Source of the DNA: Octopus vulgaris
Lineage: Eukaryota
Direction of reading: 5' to 3'
Length of the DNA stretch: 64,000 nt
Assembly: GCA_951406725.2 (NCBI GenBank)
Contig: OX597815.1
Coordinates: forward strand, 26,350,001 to 26,414,000
Part shown: positions 14,325-28,278 of the stretch, piece after piece
How positions within the stretch are numbered: position 1 is the stretch's first letter
Layout: every line of letters begins with the position of its first letter
Notes under the pieces: model-generated
Told to the model about the DNA's origin: nothing
Seen by the model: only the letters and a program-made list of their open reading frames with translations
Database searches by the model: none
Position numbers and translations under genes: made by a program

Positions 14325-15125
14325 ACCGATACCTTAAGCTTCTCATCTAACACCTAAGTCTGAAGCTAGGAAGCGAAAAACTCGGAGTAACAATTTTTCT
14401 GAAATCTCAGATATTCGTCAAATTTACATATAACTACTCTTTCTCTTCTCTTGTTCCTCGTATGTGTATGTGTGTGTATGCGCACACATACGGTTTCAGT
14501 CTGACTTATTCCCCATCTCCTCTCTCTTCCCTTCTCTCTCCCTCTCTCTCCTTTACTCTTTCACGCTCTCCTCCTCTCTCTCTCCTTTCTCTCTTTCTCT
14601 CTGTCCCCCCTCTCTCTCTCTCTCTCTGTTTTTCTATCTTACTTTCTCTCTCTTCTCGCTTTGTATATGTGTATATGTGTATATATAATTATCATTATTT
14701 TTCTTGCAAAATTTTGATACGTATAAAAATATCCTTAATTACTGCTTAATAGCAGTTAAAAATCGATATTATACTGGGATTTTCACAGAAAATGTGAAAA
14801 TTTTAAATGAATTGTTCACAGTCGAATATTTTCCATAAATTCGAAGTCGTTTATGTATCAGAGCTATTTTACAGCGCCGGATTAAATGATTTCTCAGCAT
14901 TTAGCTCCGTTGCTTTGACTTTAAATCTACTCCAAGATGACTTTTGCTTTTCATCTTTTCGGAGTCGATTAAGTAAGTGCCTCTTCGTATACTTGGCTAA
15001 ATTCAATTAAAATTTCAGATTTCTCGCGCTATGCCTAATGAAATAAATGCGTATTAAACCTAAATTTAATTATCTAATTTCATTTAACAACAGTGTTGGA
15101 TTGCGGAATTTATTTCGAAAGATAA

Positions 15126-15193
<68 letters not shown>

Positions 15194-15218
15194 TAATAAC
15201 AACAATAATAATGATAAT

Positions 15219-15694
15219 TGTCTTGGTGTAAAAGATGGGCTACAGCAAATATTCTGCTCAATACCACAGATTTGCTTGTTAGTTGTTTGACCTTAACCAG
15301 TTGACCATGTCCCTTAGTGGGTGATGGTATGTGCATCTCTGATCACGAGCAGAAGTAGTGGGGGAGCATCATAGCCATGTGTTGAGAGGAATTCTTTGGG
15401 GTTTGAATAATCCACCTCTGGAAACATGGGTGTTTCGTTCAACATCCTTAAACAACCCTTATTCAGGGATCTTTTGAGCGGGATGGGTTACTTGATCAGA
15501 AGAAAATTCTAACTGGGCCCCACCTGCAAGGTCATGTGCTGTTTATCTAGATATGAGATCACCATGTCGCGCACATATGGTTGTGATGCATGTGCCTAGT
15601 GTACCCTTATCAGACGGGTAGTCATGATGGGTATACTGGGCTTCGTATATTTTACCCCAGTGTCACTTTGATGGTATGCACTGCTCTCTCACTC
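15219..15694 (+). mobile_element. Non-coding interspersed element inserted in (TAA)n (probable retroelement 3'UTR)
   Basis: GC-richer island flanked on both sides by (AAT)n. Its 3' end is repeated at 15995-16105. Hairpin ctggg...cccag lies near the 3' end. Confidence 0.55.
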
Positions 15695-15754
<60 letters not shown>

Positions 15755-15764
15755 TAATAATAAA

Positions 15765-15884
15765 TGAACGAACTACTGAGTTTGGTTTAATGGCCTACCA
15801 ATGTATACTATGAGTTTCTTTGCCCTAGGAGTCGGGAAGACACTCGGCAAGAAATGTAAGCAAATTTAAAAGAAGAAAAAAAAA

Positions 15885-15886
<2 letters not shown>
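15765..15886 (+). mobile_element. Dong/R4-like 3' tail in (TAA)n
   Basis: Inverted repeat tttctttgcc...ggcaagaaa, then an A-rich tail and (TAA)n. Confidence 0.4.
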
Positions 15887-15919
<33 letters not shown>

Positions 15920-15920
15920 C

Positions 15921-15995
<75 letters not shown>

Positions 15996-16307
15996 GAGTC
16001 TGGTGTATCCCTTTCAGAAAGGTAGCAATCCTAGGTATATTGGGCTTCATATAATTGTACCCCAGTTTCACTTTAATGGCACTCTTTCTCTCCCACTCAG
16101 TGTAAATAATAATTATAAGAATAAGGAAAAAATTAATAAATAAAGTATATTTAATTCATACTTGAAGCACAAAATTCTAACTCACTCCACCTTTTAAACC
16201 ACACCGTGTAAGCTTCAGCATAGTTCCATGACCTGCTGGATAGGCCAACCAAATCTACCTCTGGTCACCTACTCACACACAATCACTAAGGTAAACAAGG
16301 GAAGACG

Positions 16308-16338
<31 letters not shown>

Positions 16339-16724
16339 ATGTGTGTGTATTTAATCCTTCAACTATATCTATCAATCTATCTGTCTGTCTGTCTGTCTGT
16401 CTGTATGTCTGTATGTATGTATGTATGTATGTATGTATGTATGAATGTATGTATATATGTATGTATGTATGTATGGTTTACGTTAATAATTTTTGGGGTG
16501 TATATATATGTATACATGTATGTGGATGTCTCTCGTTTCTGTGTAAGAATATATATACGGATAAGTGTATTGAGCTGATAATGATTACTTAGTAAGTGTA
16601 CGAGCGTTTATCTAATTATTAGAAGCTGGATAACTTTTTTCATTTTTGCTTTCATTTTCGTACTGTTGTTGTTGGAAGGGAGAAAATCAGAGTATCGACA
16701 AAGTATACCATGTAAAGCACAATC

Positions 16725-16787
<63 letters not shown>

Positions 16788-16861
16788 AGCCGGGGATAGG
16801 GGCTAGCACAACCAGAAACACACACACGCACACATACATATACATACATATGTATGTATAA

Positions 16862-16924
<63 letters not shown>

Positions 16925-17477
16925 CATATATATATATACATATATATATATGTTTATACATATATATATACATATATACATATACATATATACACATATA
17001 TATACATATTCATGTATATCTGTATACATACATATATATATATATCGTCATGTGCATATAGATATATATATATATTTAAAATTTATATAATATATATATG
17101 TGTGTGTTTGTCTGTGTGTATGCGTGAATGAGCATGTGAATATGTGTGTATCAGTACGGCAGGATTCTTTAAGTTTTCACTCATAAGTCTTTGGTAGGTG
17201 TACCGGGCAACAGTACACGACACTATCCCACGGCTTCATGGAAATGGGACTAAAGTACGAACCATGTTGGCGTGAAGCGAACACCTTACCTAGGCCGTGT
17301 GCCTATGTGTAATTTTTCACAAATACCTGGTTGCAACTTCGAAGAGATGGTCAATACTATACTTGATCAAATATAATAAATTTGTACGCTACAAAAGCAT
17401 TGAGTAATATTTCATTGTATGGTAAATTTATTCCTATGATGACATAGAAAGAACCATTTATATATATATGTACACAT

Positions 17478-17558
<81 letters not shown>

Positions 17559-17661
17559 TATCCACACACACACATACACAGAGACACACACACAAAGGTG
17601 GGTGAGTGAATAATAGAATTGGTATGTAAATTATGTGCGTGTGTGTGAGGGTGTCTATGTA

Positions 17662-17730
<69 letters not shown>

Positions 17731-17884
17731 ATATATATATGTATATATTATATATATATATGTTCGCAGTTACAAAATTGTTTTTAAGCATTCAGGGAAA
17801 CATTTAATGACATTCCTAGACAGTAGTATACTCATGCCTCAAACATTGGCTAGTGAAAGTCGATGGTAGATTATTGAAGGAGAC

Positions 17885-17966
<82 letters not shown>

Positions 17967-18404
17967 TATACATACATATAAATATATATATACATATATG
18001 TAGCAACACCAAATGGCGGTGCCCAGCATGGCCACACCTCGTGAGCTGAACTAGATAAAATTAAAAAATTAAATAAATAAATATATATACATATATATTT
18101 CCGTCCAACCCATGCTAGCACGAAAAACGGACATTAAACGATGATGATGATATATGTATATATATATACATATATATATATATGTAAATGTATATATGTA
18201 TATATACATAATATGTATATGTATATATGTATATATACTTATATGTATATATTTAATGGCAAACAGGTTTAGTGGCACATACACACAATAGAGCCAGAGG
18301 CACACATATTGGCACAAAACTTTGTATGGTGTGGCTGTGCCGATGCGTGTATGAGTGTACGTAATTGTTACAATCTAACACTGCGTATATTCTCACATAG
18401 TCAC

Positions 18405-18463
<59 letters not shown>

Positions 18464-18505
18464 ATATACATATATGGATGGATGTATGTATATATATATA
18501 CATAC

Positions 18506-18536
<31 letters not shown>

Positions 18537-18547
18537 TATATTTATAC

Positions 18548-18597
<50 letters not shown>

Positions 18598-19014
18598 CGT
18601 CATGTACATATATATACATATATATATTTATATATATATTTATATGATATATATATATATATGTGTGTGTGTTTGTCTGTGTGTATGCGGGTATGAGTAT
18701 GTGAATGTTTGTGTATTTGTGAGTCGGTGTGTGCCTGTATGTGTCTGTGCGTGTCTACCTGTGTATATGCATGTCTGTGTGGTTGTATATGCATGGATCC
18801 ACTCTATAACATGGTTACACGATAGATTAACCAACGTATATAACTCAGGATAAAATACAATTTTTGTGCATTGTCTAATATATATTAGAATTTTCATGGC
18901 ATTGAATGTAAGTTACTGCTTAAAGCCTTATCGAAACAATTCGTTTCAGCTACCACTGGCGAATTCACTACAAAGCGTACGATGTGTGTGTAAGTCTGTG
19001 TACGCAGGACTAGA

Positions 19015-19070
<56 letters not shown>

Positions 19071-19449
19071 AGACACACATTTATTTATATGTTATATTTC
19101 TACGTATATTCATATATATATATATGTGTGTGTGTGTATGTATGTGTGTGTTTGTGTATGTATGCATACCTGTATATGATATAGATTATATACGTTATAT
19201 ATGTAATTGTATATATGCATATATACATATTTAGAAACATAGATATAATTTTGTTTGTACCAGTATGTATATATACGTATATGTGAGTGTGTGTATGTAT
19301 GTGAGTGCGTGTGTTTGTGTTATACGCGTAATTTTAATCAACTATTTTAATTGACAAAATTTATGTTGTGTCTAGAATTATTCTGTACATGTTCATTATT
19401 AGATATTTGCTTGTAAATATATATATATATACATATATATGTATGTATG

Positions 19450-19482
<33 letters not shown>

Positions 19483-19771
19483 CGGTATGTATGTATGTAT
19501 GTATATATGTATGCATGTATGTATGTATGTATATGTATGTATATATATATCATATATATTTGTTTATATATATATATTATATATAAATATATATATATAT
19601 ATATATACATATTTATATATATATGCACATATATATATATATTCATATATATACATACATATACGTACTCACACACAAACATATATATGCGTATGTATGC
19701 ATGTATGTATGTATGTATATATATATAAGTTTATATATATATATATATATATAATATATATATATATAGTA

Positions 19772-19829
<58 letters not shown>

Positions 19830-20028
19830 CATTACAAACAGGAGTCTAGAGAAGATGCTAAATCCTATACAGGCACCGGTTTAAATAGAATACTGCAGTA
19901 TACATTTGTACTGAACACAATTTCTGCATCATTTCTTACGTACGTCTCTGTTTTTCATACAGTTATTCATACATACATATACATTATACATACACACACA
20001 CATATATATATATATAAAAACCTTCCCG

Positions 20029-20075
<47 letters not shown>

Positions 20076-20380
20076 TGCATATATGCATGTATATATATAC
20101 ACACATATACATATATGCATGTATATATATATATACATATACATATACATATATATATCGCAACACCTAGTCTTTCTCGCAAGGTTTTCTGAATATCTAG
20201 ATTGATGCTTAATCCCACATATACAACCCCAAAAATTAAATATTGGATATATGAATTTTTGGTGAGGTATATATGTGTGTGCGTGTTCTTGAGTGTATCT
20301 GTATTTGTATGTATGCATATAAAAATATGCACGTAGTAGTGTATCTTCTATATATACAGTACATATACACATATGTATAC

Positions 20381-20526
<146 letters not shown>

Positions 20527-20864
20527 TTATACGTATACATATATGCATATATATATATATATATACACTTGCGCGAGTGTAAGAAATTGACTGTGCATAC
20601 AATATTGTGTGTTTGATGTCTTTGAATTAGTATGAATGTGCCTAGTTAGCTATCTCTTTAATTTACCGCTCTCACTTTCTATAAACATGGACACACCCCT
20701 CATACTCACACACACACACACATATATATATGAATGCATGTGTAAATGAATGCATATATATATATAGTTAATCCAAACAAGAAAACACAAAAAAACACAA
20801 CAACGCGAGGATGTGGAACAAATATAGTATTATTGGACGCTCAGGAAAGAAGGGAAGAAGGAGG

Positions 20865-20899
20865 GTTTAACGTTTCGAGCGGAGCTCTTCGTCGGAAAC
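20865..20899 (-). ncRNA. Minimal hammerhead motif (U4C variant) in ~200-bp pLTR-like element 20763-20960
   Basis: Minus strand GTTT-CCGACGA-A-GAGC TCC GCTC-GAAAC GTT-AAAC, with palindromic ACGT stem III. The element is flanked by (TA)n. Confidence 0.7.
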
Positions 20900-20959
20900 A
20901 TAGGAGAAGAGAAGACAGAGGGAAAAAAATCGCCAACGGTACACACGCGGTGACATTTT

Positions 20960-21045
<86 letters not shown>

Positions 21046-21227
21046 ATGTATATATGTACATATATATGCATGTATATATATTTGTGTGTGTATATATACA
21101 TATATACATATGTATATATGTATATACATAAACATGCATATATACATACACACACACTTTCACACATATATATATTCGTATATACATCTACATATACGTA
21201 TAGCATTGTATTGTGTTGTACAACAAA

Positions 21228-22555
21228 ATGGGTTGGACAAAATAATGGAAATAAATTATAATTTCAAACAAATTCATTTTAAAATGCTGTTGAATGGCGG
21301 TGCCCCAGCATGGCCACAGCTCGTGAGCTGAAACTAGATGAGATAAGATAAGATAAGATCGCATTTGGCAGTAATTACACCTTGAATTCTACGAGTCGGA
21401 ATTGTTTCCAGAGGGATTTTTGTCAATTCTGTAGCTAGAACAGTCTCCACTTCTTGTTGTGATGATGGTGGAGGATGTCGACTCCTTAATTGTGTTTATA
21501 AAATGCACCATAAATGTTCAATAATATTGAAATCTGGGAACTGTTTTTGCCAGATAAGATGTTTAACTTCACTAGAATGTTCCTCGTGCCATTCAGTAAC
21601 AATTTTTGCTGTGTGAATTGGTACATTATCATCCTGAAATATTGCGTTTCCCTCTGGAAACAGTTCCGCAACCATAGGATGAATTTGATCAGATAAAATG
21701 CTTAAATAGTCTTGACTATTAATTCTGCCATGAATGGAAACCATTGGGCAGATTTCCAAGATATAGCCCCCCCCCTCCGCCAGATCATCACAGATCCTCC
21801 TCAATGTTTATCAGTTGGAAGAAAGCAGTGTGGGTCAAGTGCTTCGTTAGGCTGTCTCCACACCTATACTCGGCTGGTGGTCGGAAATAAGGTAAAGGAT
21901 GACTCGTTTGAGAAAATAACATTCTTCCACTGCTCTAGGGACCAATTCTGTAGGTTTTTGCTCCACTCTAAACGCTTTGCAACGTTTGTTTTTGAAAGTA
22001 GTGGTTTTCTGATTGCAGCCCTTTCTTGAAATCCGACTTTATGCAGCTCCCAGCCAACGGCTTTTCTGGAAACTGGGTTCTCGAGGTGGCCATTAAGCTC
22101 TGCAGTAATTTTGAAAGCTGTACTTTTGTGATCCTTTCTAACAATTCGCGTAAGAGTCTGATGGTCCCGATCCGTATGTTTTGGTTTCTTCCGGAGTTTT
22201 GTTTCGGCGAGGAGGTTTTTCCCTCTTTCTCAAAGGCTGTCATTACTTTCGAGACAGTACTTCTTGATAAACGAGATGTTTCGGGCGTTTTCATTACGCT
22301 AGCGCCTGCCATTTAAGCACCGACAATTTGACCTCTTTGAAAGTCCGATAGATCTGTCATTTTAATGAATTTTAATTACCTTTTTCTGATGATATCTGAA
22401 AAGAAACTGCAATTTTAGCAAAACATATTGAGCAACACTAATAAGAAATAATATTAAAAACATAAAAATAAAAAGGCTTTTGACGGTTTTATAGGTATTT
22501 CAAAATTATAATACTATGATGTTGCTATTTTTCATTATTTTGTCCATTTTCTGTA
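21228..22555 (-). mobile_element. Tc1-family DNA transposon, decayed, DD36E spacing
   Basis: TIRs tggacaaaataatggaaata (21234-53) and its inverse at 22526-46, ending ctgTA. Transposase from ATG 22360: MTDLSDFQRGQIVGA...SRSTVSKV...SGR; VIFSNESSF; IFQDDNVPIH...PDFNIIEHLW. Contains frameshifts. Confidence 0.9.
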
Positions 22556-22604
22556 TATGTTTCTGAATGCGTTTATTTAACTAAAATCTACCTCTGACTG
22601 CATC

Positions 22605-22663
<59 letters not shown>

Positions 22664-22679
22664 AGTGTGTGTGTGTGTG

Positions 22680-22713
<34 letters not shown>

Positions 22714-22934
22714 AGTATACGTACATATAGATATATACTGCTGAAAACATAAGAGTCGAGAGAACGGGAAATAATTATGCTGTGGAAATAAATATAAGTT
22801 ATAGATAAGATTATGTTAAAAAAAATGTGCATTCTTCGACTTCTGTCCGAAAGGGATGACTTATAGCTTTGTATGTACTTCGACATCAAATTCTATTATA
22901 TGTTATGCGCATATATATATATATATGAATATTG

Positions 22935-23178
22935 TTTGCCATAACAAAATACATCAAATCGGAAACAGATCCCATAAAATTCAAAAGTTCAGTGGACAAA
23001 TTTTTTCAAAATATCCCAGACCATCCTCCTAAAATTGGATAGGTTTCCAACACTAATAATTCTTTGCTACATTGGGCCATGATGCCCCGTATATGACTAA
23101 AATAATGCACCAGGTGGTGCTATTAAGTTAGACATGCCCTGGACCTCTACTGGCCGAAACCTATCAAAGCTATCAAAG
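22935..23178 (+). mobile_element. CR1-like LINE 3' end
   Basis: KFKSSVDKFFQNIPDHPPKIG*VSNTNNSLL matches CR1 FK..LD.FL..IPDQP..GY..NSL. Tail ggtggtgc...ggccgaaac(ctatcaaag)2. Confidence 0.7.
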
Positions 23179-23181
23179 TTT

Positions 23182-23276
<95 letters not shown>

Positions 23277-23862
23277 TAATAGCTAAGTCCGTTTGCACCC
23301 GGTCAATTTGGCTGATGTGGCTGTAAAACCTGCTCTGTGTAAGCATTCGACTTGTTTGGGCATGCTTACGTTAAAAAACAATCTTAGAATGACATTTTTC
23401 TGTCGAAACGCTAAAAATAACTGACTAACAAAAAGAAAACCAACAAAGATTCAACCAAATCAAAAACTAAACCTAAATACTAAGCGAACAAAGATAAACT
23501 ATCCCATTTCCAGTGCGCATGCACACAAACACACACACAGATTCACATACCCCCTATTACATACACACATATTCACACAGAGTTGAAACGCTGTTTGATT
23601 TATTTTTCAGCGTATACTACCAAGTATGGCATCCCCCTTCCTTCCATATTCATCTATCATCAATTCCTTTCTCATTCATAAACACAAGAGTATTATTATG
23701 GTAGATTATCTTGGTAACCATGGGAGCTATGAAAAAATACAAAGCCCAGCATCACCACCAGATCATTCTACACATCTGTGTAATTTTTCACGCAATTCCA
23801 CCCAGCCGTTTGACAGTGAGTCCCAAGACAAGAAAGAATCGCCCATGTCAAATTTATGTGTG

Positions 23863-23897
<35 letters not shown>

Positions 23898-24095
23898 ATA
23901 ATATATATATATGTATGTATGTATATATATCTATAATATATATATACATATATATATATATGTGTGTATGATATATATATATGTATATATATATAATATA
24001 TATATATGCATATATATATATATATGTGTGTGTGTGTGTATGTGTATAATATATATATATGTATGTATATATATATATATATATCTATAATATAT

Positions 24096-24174
<79 letters not shown>

Positions 24175-24194
24175 TGTATGTATATATATATCCA

Positions 24195-24340
24195 GCGTCG
24201 TATGTTCCAATACAGACATTTCAGAATGTTTGGGTGTCAAGCTGAGGTCAGAGCAGAGGATTTGGAAAGAGTTGGATGAGTCTAATGATGATTACGAAGG
24301 TACGGCAGCTGGGAAAACTCACTCTGATCGTTCTGATAAG
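24195..24340 (+). pseudogene. Tc1/mariner-superfamily transposase N-terminal HTH fragment
   Basis: [26 protein letters not shown]...KTHSDRSDK fits the HTH pattern IS..LGV..RTVQRI.K. Confidence 0.45.
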
Positions 24341-24373
24341 TATTAGTTTAACGCTCGGGAAGTGAGAAAAAAT

Positions 24374-24409
24374 CTTTTACGTTTCGAACCTACACTCTTC
24401 AACAGAAAG
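24374..24409 (-). ncRNA. Minimal hammerhead motif (A6U variant) in pLTR-like element 24341-24480
   Basis: Minus strand CTTT-CTGTTGA-A-GAGT GTAG GTTC-GAAAC GTA-AAAG. Downstream ttcccgagcgttaaactaata is shared with the copies at 20865 and 32444. Confidence 0.65.
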
Positions 24410-24583
24410 GAACACAGAAATAAAGAGAGAGAGAGAAAATTAACAAAAAGGCTTAGAGGCTATTTACATACCTAGGTTTTGGCACACACACACGCACACA
24501 CACACGCTCACACATATATAGGTTATATAGATAGGTACATACATACATACATACATACATACATACATACATACATACATACA

Positions 24584-24614
<31 letters not shown>

Positions 24615-24669
24615 GTTTGACGTCACATGGTGTCATATGATGAAGTGTCCTGGATCCAAAGAGATGAAC

Positions 24670-24870
24670 TCAATATCTCGTGTGACAACAGTTAGCGTTG
24701 ATTTCCGCCAGGTTACTTCTGTACATTGAATGCACCAAACGATTGATGAAGGCCATGGGGATAGCAGCCCACAGTCTGATAAAACTTGCAGTGAATTGTG
24801 CTGTAGTTATCCGTCTCGGACGGATGTCGTTTAGTTACTCTGTCCAGATTACAAGTTAAGGATTATACTT
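24670..24870 (-). pseudogene. Tc1 transposase C-terminal remnant
   Basis: FIRLWAAIPMAFINRLVHSMYRSNLAEINANCCHTRY* matches Tc1 W..IP...I..LV.SM.RR..AVI.A.GG.TRY. Confidence 0.75.
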
Positions 24871-25451
24871 GTAATTATAAGGATGTGTAACACACTGCCT
24901 AAATATCAATGTTGAGAAATTAGACTTCTCAAAACCAGAAAGGAGAAAGCTAATTCGAAGACCACAAATCTAATACATCACTGGAACTGTAAAAGTCTGT
25001 AAAACTTTCCTGAAGTTTATCATTTAAATATATATGAGCATGTCTAGATATGCAACTATATGCATGAGAATACATACATAAAGCAAAACATACAAACCTG
25101 CACAATACATACATACATACATGCATACATACATACATACATACATACATACATACATACATACATACATACATACATACATACATACATACATACGTAC
25201 ATACGTACATACATACATACATACATACAGGAAAAACTACCCTATTCTTGATGTTGAAATTCTAATTAAGGAGCCTTGAATCTAGGTTAGAAACCGGCTC
25301 TTTCTCTATTGACGAGAACTCTTGAAATAGTACTGATCAATGACATACATATGCATATATATATGAATATACCTACATAAATACATACATACATACATAC
25401 ATACATACATACATACATACATACATACATACATACATACATGCATACACA

Positions 25452-25520
<69 letters not shown>

Positions 25521-25920
25521 ACATAGGGGTTATTTATTGTTTCTGACTGGTTGTTCTTTTGCCGAAGCTTGTGTTGTAAGACGAATTATTTATGATTACT
25601 CATAAATTATTCGTTGAGCCATTGGTGAGTCATACTTTTATTAAGAGTTAAGAGTTACTCTGATGAGTTCATGTAAGCTGTATTGTTTCATAAATAATAT
25701 TCGGAACATTGTGTTTCTACTTTATGCGATATGAATTGCCTCCAAGTTACTCGTTTCGGTTTGATCGTCCGTTCTGGTTCCTGGTCGACTTTGTATCTGT
25801 TTCTTGTGAGCACCTTTCATCAGACGTAATATATTTAACTGTTTGGCCTATTTGTTACAGGGAAGAGCACGGAAACAAATCCATAGCTGTGATATTCGAC
25901 TAAGCATATTTATGTTAATA

Positions 25921-26424
25921 CTAGCAGTATCGCCCGGCGTTGCTCGGGTTTGTAAGGGAAATAACTATATAAGCATTTTTAGAGAGTTACTTCCCTTATA
26001 GATGCCAATTCGGGCTTTCTTAGCCATTTCTGTTTTGGTGTCTTCAAGCCATGAAGTCGTTGTTCTAAAAGAATGATGGTCTCCTTGACAACGCTTTACG
26101 ACGTTGATTTCCTTACACTCCCTTCCCCACAGCTTCACGAGGGAGGGGAGAAGCAAACAGGTGCAGGTGTGACCATGGACGCCAACTCCGCCGCCATCGA
26201 CACACGAAAAATTATGCATTAAAATGGAATAAAAAATAATGTTAAATTATTTTTAAAATCGTAGACTCATCGTAGACGCGCGCTAATACTCAGACGGGCT
26301 CGATATGAATCACGACTATAAGATACCCGAATTTGGTTAAACTGCACCGCAATATGTGGGAGTAGTTAGGAATCTAAATCGAAGGGGACAGACACTCACA
26401 CAACTACAGTTTTATATATATAGA
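25921..26424 (-). mobile_element. Intact non-autonomous Helitron (504 bp)
   Basis: Minus strand A|TCTATATATATAAAACTG ... hairpin CCCGAGCAACGCCGGG ... CTAG|T; inserted between A and T with no TSD. Confidence 0.85.
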
Positions 26425-26685
26425 TATATGCTCAGAAGCATTTGCATGCTCAGTGTGTATGTGTGTATGTGTGTGTGTTTATATATGCTACATGTATTTA
26501 CCGACTTCTAAAACTAAAATCATCTCAGATACTCAAAGGCTTCAACTTCTTTACGGGATTGATAGATATTATACATGTAGCATCGGGGTTGTCACTTCGT
26601 GTGAGAGAAGAGAAAAAGAGACAGGGACAGAGACAGCCGGGCTGCCAGACGGAAATATGAAATCATATGCATGTGCGTATATATT

Positions 26686-26742
<57 letters not shown>

Positions 26743-26768
26743 GTAAACGCACACATACACGCACACAC

Positions 26769-26801
<33 letters not shown>

Positions 26802-27006
26802 TTTATATATCCTCATGTAAATACACACTCACACTTATGAGCAAACACACACATTCATATATATTCATATTTATGTTATATATATATATATATATATGTA
26901 AGTATACATACACACACACATATATGCACACACACATATATGTAATATATATATATATATTACATATGTGTGTGTGTATGTATACTTACATATATTAATA
27001 TGTATG

Positions 27007-27098
<92 letters not shown>

Positions 27099-27122
27099 CA
27101 TGTATGTATGTATGTATGCATG

Positions 27123-27156
<34 letters not shown>

Positions 27157-27545
27157 TGTATGTATGTATGTATGTATGTATGTATGTATGCACATGTATG
27201 CATTGTTTCGAGTTTATTAATCCGGAAAATATAGGTGACCATTTATTTGCTTCCGGTCGTTGAATCTCATGGCTTTTTTTTTTCAAGTAAATCGGCCTCT
27301 TTACAGAAAAACAATGTCTCATAATATTTTGTTGAATATACATATGCGTGTTTACACATATTCTTATATATTGATATGCATATATGCATGCTTTATATAT
27401 ATACATATATATGTGTGTGTGTGTATAGGTGTATATATATACACACACACACGCACAATATATATATATATGTAATATATTTATACACGTATATATATAT
27501 ATGTGTGTGTGTGTGTATGTGTGTATGTGTGCATATATATTATTT

Positions 27546-27745
27546 TATTCTTTTACTTGTTTCGGCCATTTGATTGCGGCCATGCTGGAGCACGGACTTT
27601 AGTCGAACAAATCGACCCCAGGACATATTCTTTGTAAGCCTAACACTTAGTCTATCAGTTTCTTTTGCCGAACCGTTGTTACAGAGACATGAACACACCA
27701 ACATCGGTTGTCAAGCGACGATGTAGAATAAACACAGTTACTCAA

Positions 27746-27825
<80 letters not shown>

Positions 27826-27983
27826 GACGGGCTTCTTTCAGTTTCTGTCTACCAAATCCACTCACAAGTCTTCGGTCGGCTCGAGGCTATAGTAGAAGAC
27901 ACTTGCCCAAGGTGCTACGCAGTGGGACTGAACCCAAAACCATGTGGTTGGGAAGCAAGTTCCTTACCACACAAACACTCCTC
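27546..27983 (-). mobile_element. Composite SINE
   Basis: Same head, internal (TA)n and tail as 6421-6861. Confidence 0.85.
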
Positions 27984-28029
27984 ATAGATAGATATACAGA
28001 CATGGAGACAGACAGACAGACAGACAGAC

Positions 28030-28098
<69 letters not shown>

Positions 28099-28204
28099 TG
28101 CGTACGTGTATACCGATGCATAACAGAGTTTCCTAACCTATCTCACTCCGAGGAGCACTTGGTTAAATATGTTACAATACACGCACACACACACACACAC
28201 ACAC

Positions 28205-28278
<74 letters not shown>

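Noticed and set aside
23275-23330. Possible second Helitron 3' end (minus strand)
   Set aside because: CTAG and hairpin are degenerate, and no matching 5' TC end was found.
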